In this document: piece after piece, positions 22,255 to 32,108 of the stretch
Layout: the number at the start of each line of letters is the position of its first letter
Position numbering within the stretch: position 1 is the stretch's first letter
Origin: an uncultured Campylobacter sp.
GTDB taxonomy: Bacteria; Campylobacterota; Campylobacteria; Campylobacterales; Campylobacteraceae
Direction of reading: 5' to 3'
DNA: 64,000 nucleotides
Assembly: GCF_938030145.1 (NCBI RefSeq)
Contig: NZ_CALHGM010000033.1
Location: 36,011-100,010, forward strand
The notes under the pieces: model-generated
Told to the model about the DNA's origin: nothing
The model's input: only the letters and a program-made list of their open reading frames with translations
The model's database searches: none
Program-made: the position numbers and the translations under genes

Positions 22255-23592
22255 TTAGTTCTTAAAACTATGAATAGGCGCGGGTATTTGGCCGCCGCGG
22301 GCGATGAAGTTGGCGGACGAGTTTTTATTTACGCTCATCACGGGCGCGCTGCCCAGAAGCCCGCCAAACTCCAGCGTGTCACCCTCTTTGCCTTTTGGGA
22401 TGATGCGCACGGCGGTCGTTTTTTGATTTATCACGCCGATCGCGGCCTCGTCGGCTATGATCGCGGCGATCGTCTGCTCGGGCGTATCCTGCGGGATCGC
22501 GATCATATCGAGCCCCACCGAGCAGATCGCAGTCATCGCTTCGAGCTTTTCTAAGCTTAGCGATCCTGCGCGCACCGCGGCGATCATGCCCTCGTCTTCG
22601 GAGACGGGGATGAACGCGCCGCTAAGCCCGCCTACTTGGTTGCACGCCATTACTCCGCCCTTTTTGACCGCATCGTTTAGCAGCGCCAAAGCCGCAGTAG
22701 TGCCGTGCGTGCCGACGCGCTCCAGCCCCATCTCCTCAAGCACGCGCGCGACCGAATCGCCCACCGCAGGGGTCGGAGCTAGCGAGAGATCTACGATGCC
22801 AAATTTCACGCCCAGTCGCTCGGACGCCATTTGTCCGACGAGCTGTCCGATGCGAGTGATCTTAAACGCAGTCTTTTTCACGGTCTCGGCGACCACGTCG
22901 AAGCTCGCTCCGCGCACCTTCTCAAGCGCGCGCTTAACGACGCCCGGACCGCTGACGCCCACATTTATGACGACTTCGGCCTCGCCCACGCCGTGAAATG
23001 CGCCCGCCATAAAGGGATTATCCTCGACGGCGTTGGCAAATACGACGAGTTTGGCGGCACCAAGATCGGAAAGCCGCGCGGTTTCTTTTATCACGCGCCC
23101 CATGTCGGCGACCGCGCTCATATTTATGCCCGTCTTGGTCGAGCCGATATTTACCGACGAGCAGACCTTTTGCGTCGCGGCGAGCGCGGCGGGGATGGAG
23201 TCGATTAAAATTTTATCGCCCTTTGCGTAGCCCTTTTGCACTAGCGCCGAAAAGCCGCCGATAAAGTCGATGCCGACCTTTTGCGCCGCCTCGTCCATCG
23301 CTTTAGCAAGCGGCACGTAGTCTGCGGCATCCGTCGCCGCGCCGATGATGGCGATAGGCGTTACGCAGACGCGTTTATTTACGATCGGGATACCGAGCTC
23401 TGCTGAAATTTCATTACCGACCTTTACCAGATCGCGCGCCTTGTCGGTGATTTTTGCGTAAATTTTCTCCGCGGCTTTGCCCATATCGGGATCGATACAG
23501 TCGAGCAGGCTGATGCCCATCGTGATCGTGCGGATGTCGAAATTTTGCTCCTCGATCATCGCGATCGTTTCGGTTACGTTTTTGATGTCCAT
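22255..23592 (-). CDS. UPF0210/DUF711 (PFL-like fold) protein
   Basis: [55 protein letters not shown]. Confidence 0.93.
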   Translation of the reverse strand: MDIKNVTETIAMIEEQNFDIRTITMGISLLDCIDPDMGKAAEKIYAKITDKARDLVKVGNEISAELGIPIVNKRVCVTPIAIIGAATDAADYVPLAKAMDEAAQKVGIDFIGGFSALVQKGYAKGDKILIDSIPAALAATQKVCSSVNIGSTKTGINMSAVADMGRVIKETARLSDLGAAKLVVFANAVEDNPFMAGAFHGVGEAEVVINVGVSGPGVVKRALEKVRGASFDVVAETVKKTAFKITRIGQLVGQMASERLGVKFGIVDLSLAPTPAVGDSVARVLEEMGLERVGTHGTTAALALLNDAVKKGGVMACNQVGGLSGAFIPVSEDEGMIAAVRAGSLSLEKLEAMTAICSVGLDMIAIPQDTPEQTIAAIIADEAAIGVINQKTTAVRIIPKGKEGDTLEFGGLLGSAPVMSVNKNSSANFIARGGQIPAPIHSFKN

Positions 23593-23601
23593 ATCGGGGC
23601 C

Positions 23602-23868
23602 TTAGATGTTGTGCATGGCGTCAAAGATCGCCGAGCTTTGGATGTTGATTTTAACTTTTAGCTTTTCGCCTAGCTCGTTTAGCTCCCCCTTTAGAGCCGT
23701 GAAGTCCTGCTTTTCCTCGCTGGAAACCACTGCCATCATCGTAAAAAACTCGTCCAAAACCGTCTGGCTGATGTCGTCTATGTTTAGCCCAAGCTGCGCG
23801 AGCTTAGCCGAAACGCCCGCCACAATGCCAACTTTGTCCTTGCCGATCACCGTTACGATCGCTTTCAT
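23602..23868 (-). CDS. UPF0237 ACT-domain protein
   Basis: TVIGKDKVGIVA, NIDDISQT, IFDAMHNI; usual partner of UPF0210. Confidence 0.93.
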   Translation of the reverse strand: MKAIVTVIGKDKVGIVAGVSAKLAQLGLNIDDISQTVLDEFFTMMAVVSSEEKQDFTALKGELNELGEKLKVKINIQSSAIFDAMHNI

Positions 23869-23922
23869 TCTTACTCCTTTTTAAAATTTAGTGCTTTTGA
23901 GCGTGGAAGCCTTTTAAAATGA

Positions 23923-24420
23923 CTAAGCTTTGCCGCCGTTTGAAATTATCAGCGCAAACACGATTGCGACCAAAGCGTAAAATATTACCGCGAGCCATAT
24001 CGCCCATCTATTCACGCCGCCGCCCCGCCTTAGAGCTTCGTCGTCCTGTTTATCCAGCAATGAAACAAAACTATCGCAAACGCAATATTCCGCCATAGCC
24101 GCACTAGTAACGCTGACTGCGATCCCTACGGCACTATCGTGTCCATCTAAAAACGGAATAAAGCAGCTAGCCACCATAACGGCAAATAGGGCTGCGGCAA
24201 TTTTATACTCCTTGCGGTACAGAAAAAAGAACAGCGTGCCGAAAAAGGCCCACCAACTCCACGTGCTTACGTAATTTAACTCACGCTGCTTGCCCGCAGC
24301 GAAAAATTTCTCGCAGGCGCGTGCGTAAATTTCAACCTTGCTAGGGGTTTGCAAGAAAATTTCCAGCTTCTGTCGAAGCAACTTGCCGTCAGATAAAATT
24401 TCTCTAGCGTAATCCGTCAT
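23923..24420 (-). CDS. DUF2628-like membrane protein
   Basis: WSWWAFFGTLFFFLYRKEY and GGVN motifs. Confidence 0.75.
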   Translation of the reverse strand: MTDYAREILSDGKLLRQKLEIFLQTPSKVEIYARACEKFFAAGKQRELNYVSTWSWWAFFGTLFFFLYRKEYKIAAALFAVMVASCFIPFLDGHDSAVGIAVSVTSAAMAEYCVCDSFVSLLDKQDDEALRRGGGVNRWAIWLAVIFYALVAIVFALIISNGGKA

Positions 24421-24430
24421 CTCACCCTCC

Positions 24431-25402
24431 TTAACGATAAATCCCCACGGCGGCGCGAACCTTTTGCATCAATGAAGCAGCCGTCGCAGCCGCTCTTTGC
24501 GCGCCCTGTCTTAGCATCTCATCCAAAATTTCGCGGTGACTTTGATAGTATTCGAATTTATCTCGCGCGTCTTTGAAATAGCCCTGCACTAGCTTGTTTA
24601 GATACGCCTTGAAGTGCCCGTGCCCCTCGCCTCCGCGCTCGTAGCGAGCCTGTAGCGCCGCCTGCTCCGCTTCGCTTAAAAATAGCTTCGCGATATTATA
24701 GACATTGCATCCGCGCCACTGCTTAGGCGCCTCTAGCGGCTCGGAGGTCGTTACGATACTTGAAATTTGCTTCTTTAGCGTCGCGGCATCTGCAAAAATA
24801 TCGATCGTATTGCCGTAGCTCTTACTCATCTTGGCACCGTCTGTGCCCGGCACGATCGCCACTTCATCATTTACGCGCGCTTGCGGAATAGTTAAAATTT
24901 CGCCGTGGGCGTTGTTAAATTTAAGCGCGATGTCGCGGGCGATCTCGACGTGCTGGATCTGATCCTTGCCCACAGGCACGACCTCCGCGCTGTATAGCAA
25001 GATGTCTGCCGCCATCAGAACGGGGTAGCTGAATAGATCGTGCTTGCTCTCAAAGCCCTTGGCGATCTTATCTTTGTATGCGTGCGCTCGCTCGAGTAGC
25101 CCCATCGGCGTATATCCGCTTAAAATCCAGTAAAGCTCCAGCACCTCTTTTACGTCGCTTTGCACCCAAAACACCGTCTTTTTCGGATCGATCCCCAGCG
25201 ACAAAAACGCCGCGGCGGCCTCGTAGGTGGAGTTTTTTAGCTTTGCGCCGTCGCTTACGGACGTGAGCGCATGGTAGTTTGCGATAAACATAAACATCTG
25301 CTCGCCCGCGTTTTGCGCATCCACCATCTGCTTGATACTCGCGAAGTAGTTGCCCAAATGCAGCTTGCCGCTGGGCTGAAGACCCGTTAAAATTCTCATC
25401 AT
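24431..25402 (-). CDS. trpS: Tryptophan--tRNA ligase
   Basis: HLGN (HIGH), YPVLMAADIL, VPVGKDQ, KMSKS. Confidence 0.97.
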   Translation of the reverse strand: MMRILTGLQPSGKLHLGNYFASIKQMVDAQNAGEQMFMFIANYHALTSVSDGAKLKNSTYEAAAAFLSLGIDPKKTVFWVQSDVKEVLELYWILSGYTPMGLLERAHAYKDKIAKGFESKHDLFSYPVLMAADILLYSAEVVPVGKDQIQHVEIARDIALKFNNAHGEILTIPQARVNDEVAIVPGTDGAKMSKSYGNTIDIFADAATLKKQISSIVTTSEPLEAPKQWRGCNVYNIAKLFLSEAEQAALQARYERGGEGHGHFKAYLNKLVQGYFKDARDKFEYYQSHREILDEMLRQGAQRAAATAASLMQKVRAAVGIYR

Positions 25403-25409
25403 TGCTCCT

Positions 25410-26381
25410 TTAAATCAAAATCAAATCGCCGTCTACGAAGCCCGCAGCAACGTGCTTGCACTTAAAAATTTTTGCATCTGGCATCTGCTCTCGCAGCTCG
25501 CGTAAAGCCTGCACGAGCATTTTTAAAACCTGCCGCCACGAAAGCTCGCTTAAAAAATCAAGCTGCAAGCGCGAGCTTTGTGGATAAAACTCATCCTCGT
25601 CCTCGCACGCCCAGTCGTCGTCATCCGCGTCATAACTGCTCGATCCGGCCAGCTGTAGCGCGTAAGGCTCGTAAAGATCGAAGTGCCACGCGATTACGCG
25701 CTTTGGAATTTGCTCGCGCTCTAAGCCCTCTAGTAGCTCGCGCAGCTTTTGCTTTAGCGCCTCTTTCTTTTCAAGCTTATCGCCTTTGCTCTCTTTACCG
25801 TGCGGCTTGGAATTTTTGCCGCCGCCCGGGCACTTTTGTTTAGACATCTTTTTTCCTTTTAAATTTAGCCCGTCGCAGGCGGAGCAAATTTCTTTTACGA
25901 TCTTTTTTACGCTTTTATTTTCCACGTCGATTACTATGTCGGCCTTTTTTTCATAAGCCCCGTCTCTTTGAGCGTGCAGCGCCGCGGCCTTTTGCAGATC
26001 GGCTAGCAGCGGGCGCTTGGCAAATTTTTTCTCCGCGTTTTCGCTGTTTTTTAAGCGATCAATAATCCCTTCAAAGCTTGATTTTAGATACACGACGGTG
26101 CCGATTTTGTTTAAATTTTTCACGGCGTAAAAGCCGCCGCCGGTGGAGATCACGGCGCAGCGGACGGACTTTTCTAAAAATTTTGCAAGGCTCGCTTCCA
26201 TCTTTCTAAAGCTCTGCTCGCCCTGCTCTTTAAAAATTTGCCCGATCTTTTTATTGGCGTAGCTTTCAATCATATCGTCGCAATCAAGCGCAAACATCCC
26301 GCTTTGCGCAGCCAGCGCCCGCGCTACCGTGCCCTTGCCGACCCCCATAAAGCCGATAAGCACGATGTTACCGCTCTTCAT
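25410..26381 (-). CDS. aroK: Shikimate kinase fused in-frame to a ~145-aa unknown domain
   Basis: GFMGVGKG, GEQSFR, STGGG, RPL motifs in the first ~170 aa; no stop before internal ATG 25847. Confidence 0.85.
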   Translation of the reverse strand: MKSGNIVLIGFMGVGKGTVARALAAQSGMFALDCDDMIESYANKKIGQIFKEQGEQSFRKMEASLAKFLEKSVRCAVISTGGGFYAVKNLNKIGTVVYLKSSFEGIIDRLKNSENAEKKFAKRPLLADLQKAAALHAQRDGAYEKKADIVIDVENKSVKKIVKEICSACDGLNLKGKKMSKQKCPGGGKNSKPHGKESKGDKLEKKEALKQKLRELLEGLEREQIPKRVIAWHFDLYEPYALQLAGSSSYDADDDDWACEDEDEFYPQSSRLQLDFLSELSWRQVLKMLVQALRELREQMPDAKIFKCKHVAAGFVDGDLILI

Positions 26382-27753
26382 CGCCCTCCCCTTTTTTGCG
26401 CGGCAGCAGCACTAGCGGACTTCCCGAAAGAGCAAAGCTCGCGCGCAGCCTGTTCATCAAATAGCGCTTGTAGCTAAAATGTAGCGCTTGCGGGCGGTTC
26501 ATTACAAGAGCGATCTTCGGCGGCGCAAAGCCGATCTGCGCGGCGTAGTAAATTTTAACCGATTTGCCCCGCTCGCGAGGTATCGGATGCGCCTTTATCG
26601 CGGCTTCTACCGCTTCATTGATCCTTGCGGTGCCGAGCTTGCGCGTGAAATTTGAATAAACCTCCAAAATGAGCGGGTAAATTTTATGTATCCGCTTCTT
26701 GTCCGTCGCGCTGACGCTGATGATCGGCGCGTAGGAAAGAAATTTAAACCTATCGCGCAGATCGCGGCAAAACTCGTCGTAATCGCGCTCGCAAAGATCC
26801 CATTTGTTTAAAATTATGATGAGCCCGAGTTCAAATTTAGCCGCAAGCCCCGCTATACGCTCGTCCAGCTCGTTTAGCGGCTCGCTTGCGTCAAGCACCA
26901 AAAGCGCGATGTCGGAGTTTTGCAGGATTTTTTCGGTACGATTTAGCGCGAAACGCTCGATGCCTTCGATCTTACCGCGACGGCGAATGCCAGCTGTGTC
27001 GATAAACTCAAGCGTACGCCCCCCAAATTCCGTGCTTTCGTTCACCGGATCGATCGTCGTGCCCGCATAATCGCTCACGACTGAGCGCTGCGAACCCACA
27101 AGCGCGTTTAGAAGGCTTGATTTACCGACGTTCACCCGCCCGATGATACCCACGCCGATGGTTTTACTGGCGTAAAATTCCTCGTCGCGCCCCTCTTTCG
27201 GCTCGCCCTCGTCGTTAAAGCCCTCTATAAAATCATCAAAAATTTCATCCTCGTCCTGCTGCGCGGGCGCAGGGTCCAAGAAGCCATATATCCACTCTTT
27301 CAGCTCATCGATGCCGCTGTTGTGCGAGACGGAGATCGGGAAAAATTTAACGCCGAATTCGTTAAACTCCCAGCTGCGCTCCTCGTCGCGCTTGCCGTCG
27401 ATCTTATTGACCGCCAAAGCGATGGGCTTGCCAAGCCTCTGCAGCGAGAAAAATATCCGCCGCTCATCATCACTCGGAAGCAGCTTGCCGTCCGTCATAA
27501 AGATTATCAAATCCGCGCCCTTGACCTCGCTTAGCGTCTTAGCCTGCACGCGCGCAAACAGCTCGGAGGCGTCGTCCAAGCCGCCCGAATCGATCACGCG
27601 CACGCGGCGATCGAAAATTTCCGCTTCGGCTCTATTGGTATCGCGCGTCGTGCCCGCAACATCGCTCGTGATGGCGATGCGAGCGCCCGCTAGGCGGTTA
27701 AAAAGGCTCGACTTGCCGACGTTGGGGCGTCCGATGATGATCAAACTTTTCAC
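26368..27753 (-). CDS. der: Ribosome biogenesis GTPase Der
   Basis: Two G domains (GRPNVGKS, GRVNVGKS, DTAG, NKWD); GTG start 27753 with AAGGA RBS. Confidence 0.96.
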   Translation of the reverse strand: MKSLIIIGRPNVGKSSLFNRLAGARIAITSDVAGTTRDTNRAEAEIFDRRVRVIDSGGLDDASELFARVQAKTLSEVKGADLIIFMTDGKLLPSDDERRIFFSLQRLGKPIALAVNKIDGKRDEERSWEFNEFGVKFFPISVSHNSGIDELKEWIYGFLDPAPAQQDEDEIFDDFIEGFNDEGEPKEGRDEEFYASKTIGVGIIGRVNVGKSSLLNALVGSQRSVVSDYAGTTIDPVNESTEFGGRTLEFIDTAGIRRRGKIEGIERFALNRTEKILQNSDIALLVLDASEPLNELDERIAGLAAKFELGLIIILNKWDLCERDYDEFCRDLRDRFKFLSYAPIISVSATDKKRIHKIYPLILEVYSNFTRKLGTARINEAVEAAIKAHPIPRERGKSVKIYYAAQIGFAPPKIALVMNRPQALHFSYKRYLMNRLRASFALSGSPLVLLPRKKGEGDEER

Positions 27754-28226
27754 GTTCGTCCTTGTAGTTTTTGGCGCGATTATAACCAAAAATAGATTAA
27801 AGCCAAATTCTACGCGCTCGCTCGCGGAGCTAAGCGGCAAAATTTTATAAAATTTAGGCGCTAAATTTAGCGAAATTTTATCGCGACACTAGCGGAACGC
27901 CGCCTAGATAAAAGGCCTTAAGGCGCACGATCCGTCGCCGCGGATGACGCAAAACTGGAGCTACGCGTAAATTTATAAAATTTTAAAACTGAAGCCTGTC
28001 CGCGAAAGCTAGCAACCGAAGCGCGAAACAGACACAACTGCGCGAAAGTATAAAAGTCCGCAGCTGCGTAAATTTTGACTATTCCGCGCATACAAGCGCC
28101 GAAGTACAAAACCAAGCCGTCGCGTCCAAACGTGCAAAAGCAGGCGGCGCGGCAAAATATTAAAACAGCGGAATATTAAAATTTAATCATTATGCGTGTA
28201 TAATTTCGCAAATTTAAAGGGTCGCG

Positions 28227-29132
28227 ATGAAATACAACAACTTCTTGCTGCACCATCTAAGCGTGTATTATATGCTGATGGCGTGCTTTTACAACTCTCT
28301 TACGGGCGTTTTTGCCAAGCTTTTGGGCGCGCAAATTTCATCGCTTGAGGTCGTGCTCTTTCGCAATCTGCCTGGACTTTTGATCCTGCTTTATAAAATC
28401 AAGGCTCGTCACCGTACGGCGCGCTTCGCAAACAAAGGCGGTCATCCTTTTACGCTCGCGTTTCGCGGCATTATCGGGATTTTGGGACTGATGGTATTTT
28501 TTTATAACATCGCTAACATCAGCCTAGGCGAGGCATTTACTTTTCAAAAAACGGCGCCCATTTGGACGGCGATCATTGCGTACTTTACCCTCGGCGAAAA
28601 ATTCGGCGCGATGGACTGGTTCTCGGTCTGCTTGGGCTTTGTGGGCATCGTTTTGGTAATTCAGCCGCAGTTTGGCTTGCAGCCGAGCGATATTTTTGGA
28701 ATTTTAAGCGGATTATTCGCCGCGATGGCGCTTACCTCCGTGCGCGGGCTACGTAAATACTATAGCTCCGATACGATCATCCTCTCTGCGCTTCTTGCCG
28801 GCACGCTGATGCCCGTAGCGCTTATGATCGCGGCGGAATTTATAGACGCGCCCGCGCTGAGCTTTATGCTTTCTAAATTTAAAATTCCAAACGCGCAGGG
28901 CTGGCTCTTTGCCGTGCTTCTGGGGCTGCTGGGGCTGTTTTATCAAACCTACGTCACCAAGGCCTACGCCGCGACGCGCAAAGCGGGCATAGTAGCTACG
29001 ATCAGCTACACAGACATCATCTTTTCGACGCTATTTGGGCTGCTGCTAGGCGACGCCCTGCCCGATTTCATGGCGCTTGGGGGTATGGCGCTCATCATCG
29101 TCGCGGGCGCGCTAGTGGCGAACCGAAAGTAG
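28227..29132 (+). CDS. DMT/EamA family transporter
   Basis: About 10 TM segments, FRN, TAPIW, LGEK; TATAAT at 28199-28204. Confidence 0.9.
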   Translation: MKYNNFLLHHLSVYYMLMACFYNSLTGVFAKLLGAQISSLEVVLFRNLPGLLILLYKIKARHRTARFANKGGHPFTLAFRGIIGILGLMVFFYNIANISLGEAFTFQKTAPIWTAIIAYFTLGEKFGAMDWFSVCLGFVGIVLVIQPQFGLQPSDIFGILSGLFAAMALTSVRGLRKYYSSDTIILSALLAGTLMPVALMIAAEFIDAPALSFMLSKFKIPNAQGWLFAVLLGLLGLFYQTYVTKAYAATRKAGIVATISYTDIIFSTLFGLLLGDALPDFMALGGMALIIVAGALVANRK

Positions 29133-29138
29133 CGCGCG

Positions 29139-30071
29139 ATGAAACAAAAATTCTACTCCGCGTTTTGGCTAAAACATCTGGGCGTTTATTATATGCTCGT
29201 AGCGAGCTTCTATTTCGCGCTAAACGGCGCGCTAGCCAAGGTTATGGCGGAGCGGATGAGTAGCGCCGAGATCGTGTTTTTCCGCAACGTCGTGGGGATC
29301 GCGATCGTGCTGTTTTCGCTACGGCGGGTAAAAAACCTAGGCCCGGGCGGCAAGCCGTGGCTGCTCGCGTTTCGCGGCTTTATCGGCAGCTGCGGTATCT
29401 TAGCGACCTTTTACAACATCGCTCACATCGATCTTGGCACCGCTTTTACCTTCCAAAAGACGGCGCCCATTTTCACCGCGCTATTTTCGGCATTTTTCTT
29501 AGGCGAAAAGCTAAGCTCCAAGGGTTGGTTTGCGATACTGCTCGGCTTTGGCGGAATTTTACTCGTCGTGCGCCCGCACATCGGCATCAGCGTAACCGAT
29601 GCGGTGGGAATTTTCGGCGGCATGTGCGCTGGGCTTGCATATACGAGCGTGCGCGAGCTTCGCAAACACTACGCCACCAACCTCATCGTGCTGGTTTTCG
29701 TCTCGTCCGCTACCTTTCTAAGCGCGATGATGATGGCTGCGGGCTGGGCGCTTGAAGGTAGCGAGGTTAAAATTTTAGGACTTTTCAGCGGCGCGGATTT
29801 AGCGAAGCTCGCTTATTTCAACCCGCCAAGCCTTTTTGGCTGGGTGCTAGTGGCGCTTCTGGGCGTCAGCGGTATCTACTTTCAAATTTACATGACGCGC
29901 GCTTACGCCGCTTCGCGCAAAGCGGGCATCGTCGCCGCGATCAGCTACAGCGACATCCTCTTTAGCATGGCGCTAGGAATTATGCTAGGCGACCGACTGC
30001 CGGGCCCGATCGTGCTAGCGGGCACCCTAGTGGTGATTTTAAGCGGAATTTTAATCGCCCGCGAGCGCTAA
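29139..30071 (+). CDS. DMT/EamA family transporter (tandem paralogue)
   Basis: Shares AFTFQKTAPI and AYAAxRKAGIVAxISY with the upstream gene. Confidence 0.9.
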   Translation: MKQKFYSAFWLKHLGVYYMLVASFYFALNGALAKVMAERMSSAEIVFFRNVVGIAIVLFSLRRVKNLGPGGKPWLLAFRGFIGSCGILATFYNIAHIDLGTAFTFQKTAPIFTALFSAFFLGEKLSSKGWFAILLGFGGILLVVRPHIGISVTDAVGIFGGMCAGLAYTSVRELRKHYATNLIVLVFVSSATFLSAMMMAAGWALEGSEVKILGLFSGADLAKLAYFNPPSLFGWVLVALLGVSGIYFQIYMTRAYAASRKAGIVAAISYSDILFSMALGIMLGDRLPGPIVLAGTLVVILSGILIARER

Positions 30072-30156
30072 ATTTCAGCGATATAAAAGTCTTAAAAAGC
30101 TAAGATTGCGATAAAGTTCTACGGCGTAGAAATATTTTTCGACGGATTTAAATTTT

Positions 30157-30912
30157 ATGCATTTTATCGGTATCGACATCGGCTCGACCTCATCAAAGGT
30201 CGCCGTTATGGATGAGTGCGGCAAATTTTGCGAGCTGTTTTTGCTACCTAGCGGCTTTAGCGCGGTCAAAGTCGCGCGGCAAATCAAGCAAAATTTAGAG
30301 CAAAAAGGCTACGCAGGGGGCTTCGTGACAGCTACGGGCTACGGACGCGTCAGCGTGGACTACGCGCAGCTTAGCATGAGCGAAATTTTATGCCATGGCC
30401 TTGGGGCGCACTTTTTGTTCGAGAAAGACTGCACCGTCATCGACGTGGGCGGGCAGGATACGAAGGCGATCAAGATCGAAAACAGCAAGCCCGCGGATTT
30501 TATCATGAACGACAAATGCTCGGCCGGCACGGGCAAATTTTTAGAGATCAGCGCGGGGCGTTTGGGCCTCGATCTGAGCGAAATTTACAAAACCGCCCGC
30601 AAAAATCCCGCGATCAAACTAAGCTCGACCTGCACTGTTTTTGCCGAGAGCGAGATCGTCTCGCTAAGCGCAAATGGAGCCGAAACGAGCGAGATCGCCT
30701 ACGCCATCGTGGACTCGTCCGCGCACAAGGTCGCCTCTCTCATCAAACGGCTGGAAAATCAAATTTATTTTTTAAGCGGTGGGCTTAGCAACGTGCCGCT
30801 CTTCAAACAGCTTCTAGGCGAGCATCTGGGGGCTGAAATTTTTACTCACGAAAACGCAATCTACTGCGGCGCGATGGGCGCTTCGCTTATCGGCGCACGC
30901 AAAGCAAATTAA
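30157..30912 (+). CDS. ATP-dependent [4Fe-4S] activase (HgdC/YjiL/DCCP-R family)
   Basis: GIDIGSTSSK, ATGYGR, IDVGGQDTK, MNDKCSAGTG, SSTCTVFAESE. Confidence 0.93.
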   Translation: MHFIGIDIGSTSSKVAVMDECGKFCELFLLPSGFSAVKVARQIKQNLEQKGYAGGFVTATGYGRVSVDYAQLSMSEILCHGLGAHFLFEKDCTVIDVGGQDTKAIKIENSKPADFIMNDKCSAGTGKFLEISAGRLGLDLSEIYKTARKNPAIKLSSTCTVFAESEIVSLSANGAETSEIAYAIVDSSAHKVASLIKRLENQIYFLSGGLSNVPLFKQLLGEHLGAEIFTHENAIYCGAMGASLIGARKAN

Positions 30913-30929
30913 ATTTCAAAGGAGACGAA

Positions 30930-32039
30930 ATGAAGATGGATTTTGACGCGCTTAAAAAGCGCAACGCAATGGCTCTGCACGATCTAAAAGAGCAAGGCAA
31001 ACACGTAGTGGGAATGTTTTGCACCTATTCGCCAAAGGAGCTCATTTACGCCGCGGGCGCCGTGCCGGTTGGGCTTTGCGCCTATGACGAGAGCCCGATA
31101 GACGCCGCTCACGCGGAGCTTCCGCGCAATCTTTGCCCGCTGATCAAGGCAAGCTACGGCTACGCAGTTACTAAAAAATGCCCCTATATGAACGCCAGCG
31201 ATCTCGTCATAGGCGAAACGACCTGCGACGGCAAGAAAAAGATGTATGAGCTGCTGGCAAAACATAAGGACGTCCACGTGTTGCAACTGCCGAATATGAC
31301 CGGTGGCAAGAGCTTGGAGCTTTTTACCGACGAGCTTAGAGAATTTCGCAAAGTTTTAGAGCGAAAATTTGATACGAAAATCACCGATGAAGCGCTGCTC
31401 GATGCGGTGCAAATTTACAACGAAGAGCGCGATGTGATGCTGGAGCTTTTAGAGCTTGGCAAACTAAATCCGATGCCGGTAGCGGGCAGCGAAATTCATC
31501 AAATTTCATTTGCGAGCGACTTCATATATGACAAGCAGGAGAAGCTTAAAATGATACGCGCCTACATAGCCGCCGCAAAGGAGATGACGCCGCCGAAAAC
31601 TCGCAAAAAGCGCATCATCATCACCGGCTGTCCAAGCGGGGGCGTGTATGAGAAGGTTATCAAGCAGATAGAGGAGCTGGGCGCGGACGTAGTGGCCTTT
31701 GAAAACTGCTCCGGCACCAAAGGCTATCAAAACCAAGTAGAAACGAAGGGTGATCTAGTCGCAAATATCGCCGAGCGCTACCTTAAAATTCCATGTTCGG
31801 TGATGTATCAAAACGACGCACGCTCGGATATTATCAAGGAATTTATCCGCGAATATCAAGCAGATGGCGTCATCGACGTCGTGCTAAGCGGCTGTCACAC
31901 CTACGCGATCGAGACAAATCGCATCAAAGAGGCAAGCCGCGAAGCCGGAGCGAACTATATGAGCTTGGAGACCGACTACTCCAAACAGGACGTAGGGCAA
32001 ATTCGAACGCGTCTAGAAGCGTTTATAGAACTGCTTTAA
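30930..32039 (+). CDS. Double-cubane cluster reductase / 2-hydroxyacyl-CoA dehydratase family (YjiM/DCCP-like)
   Basis: FCTYSP, LPRNLCPLIK, ETTCDGKKK, ITGCP, FENCSG, IPCS, GCHTY, LETDYS, TRLEAFIE. Confidence 0.88.
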   Translation: MKMDFDALKKRNAMALHDLKEQGKHVVGMFCTYSPKELIYAAGAVPVGLCAYDESPIDAAHAELPRNLCPLIKASYGYAVTKKCPYMNASDLVIGETTCDGKKKMYELLAKHKDVHVLQLPNMTGGKSLELFTDELREFRKVLERKFDTKITDEALLDAVQIYNEERDVMLELLELGKLNPMPVAGSEIHQISFASDFIYDKQEKLKMIRAYIAAAKEMTPPKTRKKRIIITGCPSGGVYEKVIKQIEELGADVVAFENCSGTKGYQNQVETKGDLVANIAERYLKIPCSVMYQNDARSDIIKEFIREYQADGVIDVVLSGCHTYAIETNRIKEASREAGANYMSLETDYSKQDVGQIRTRLEAFIELL

Positions 32040-32108
32040 GTGGGGTCGCTCGAAATCTTAAAATAAAGAGCTTTGTAAATTTAACAATCCAAAGAAAGGA
32101 GAGATTGC

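Noticed and set aside
27754..27840. N-terminal extension of Der in the ORF track
   Set aside because: GTG at 27753 has an AAGGA RBS and matches the usual Der start.
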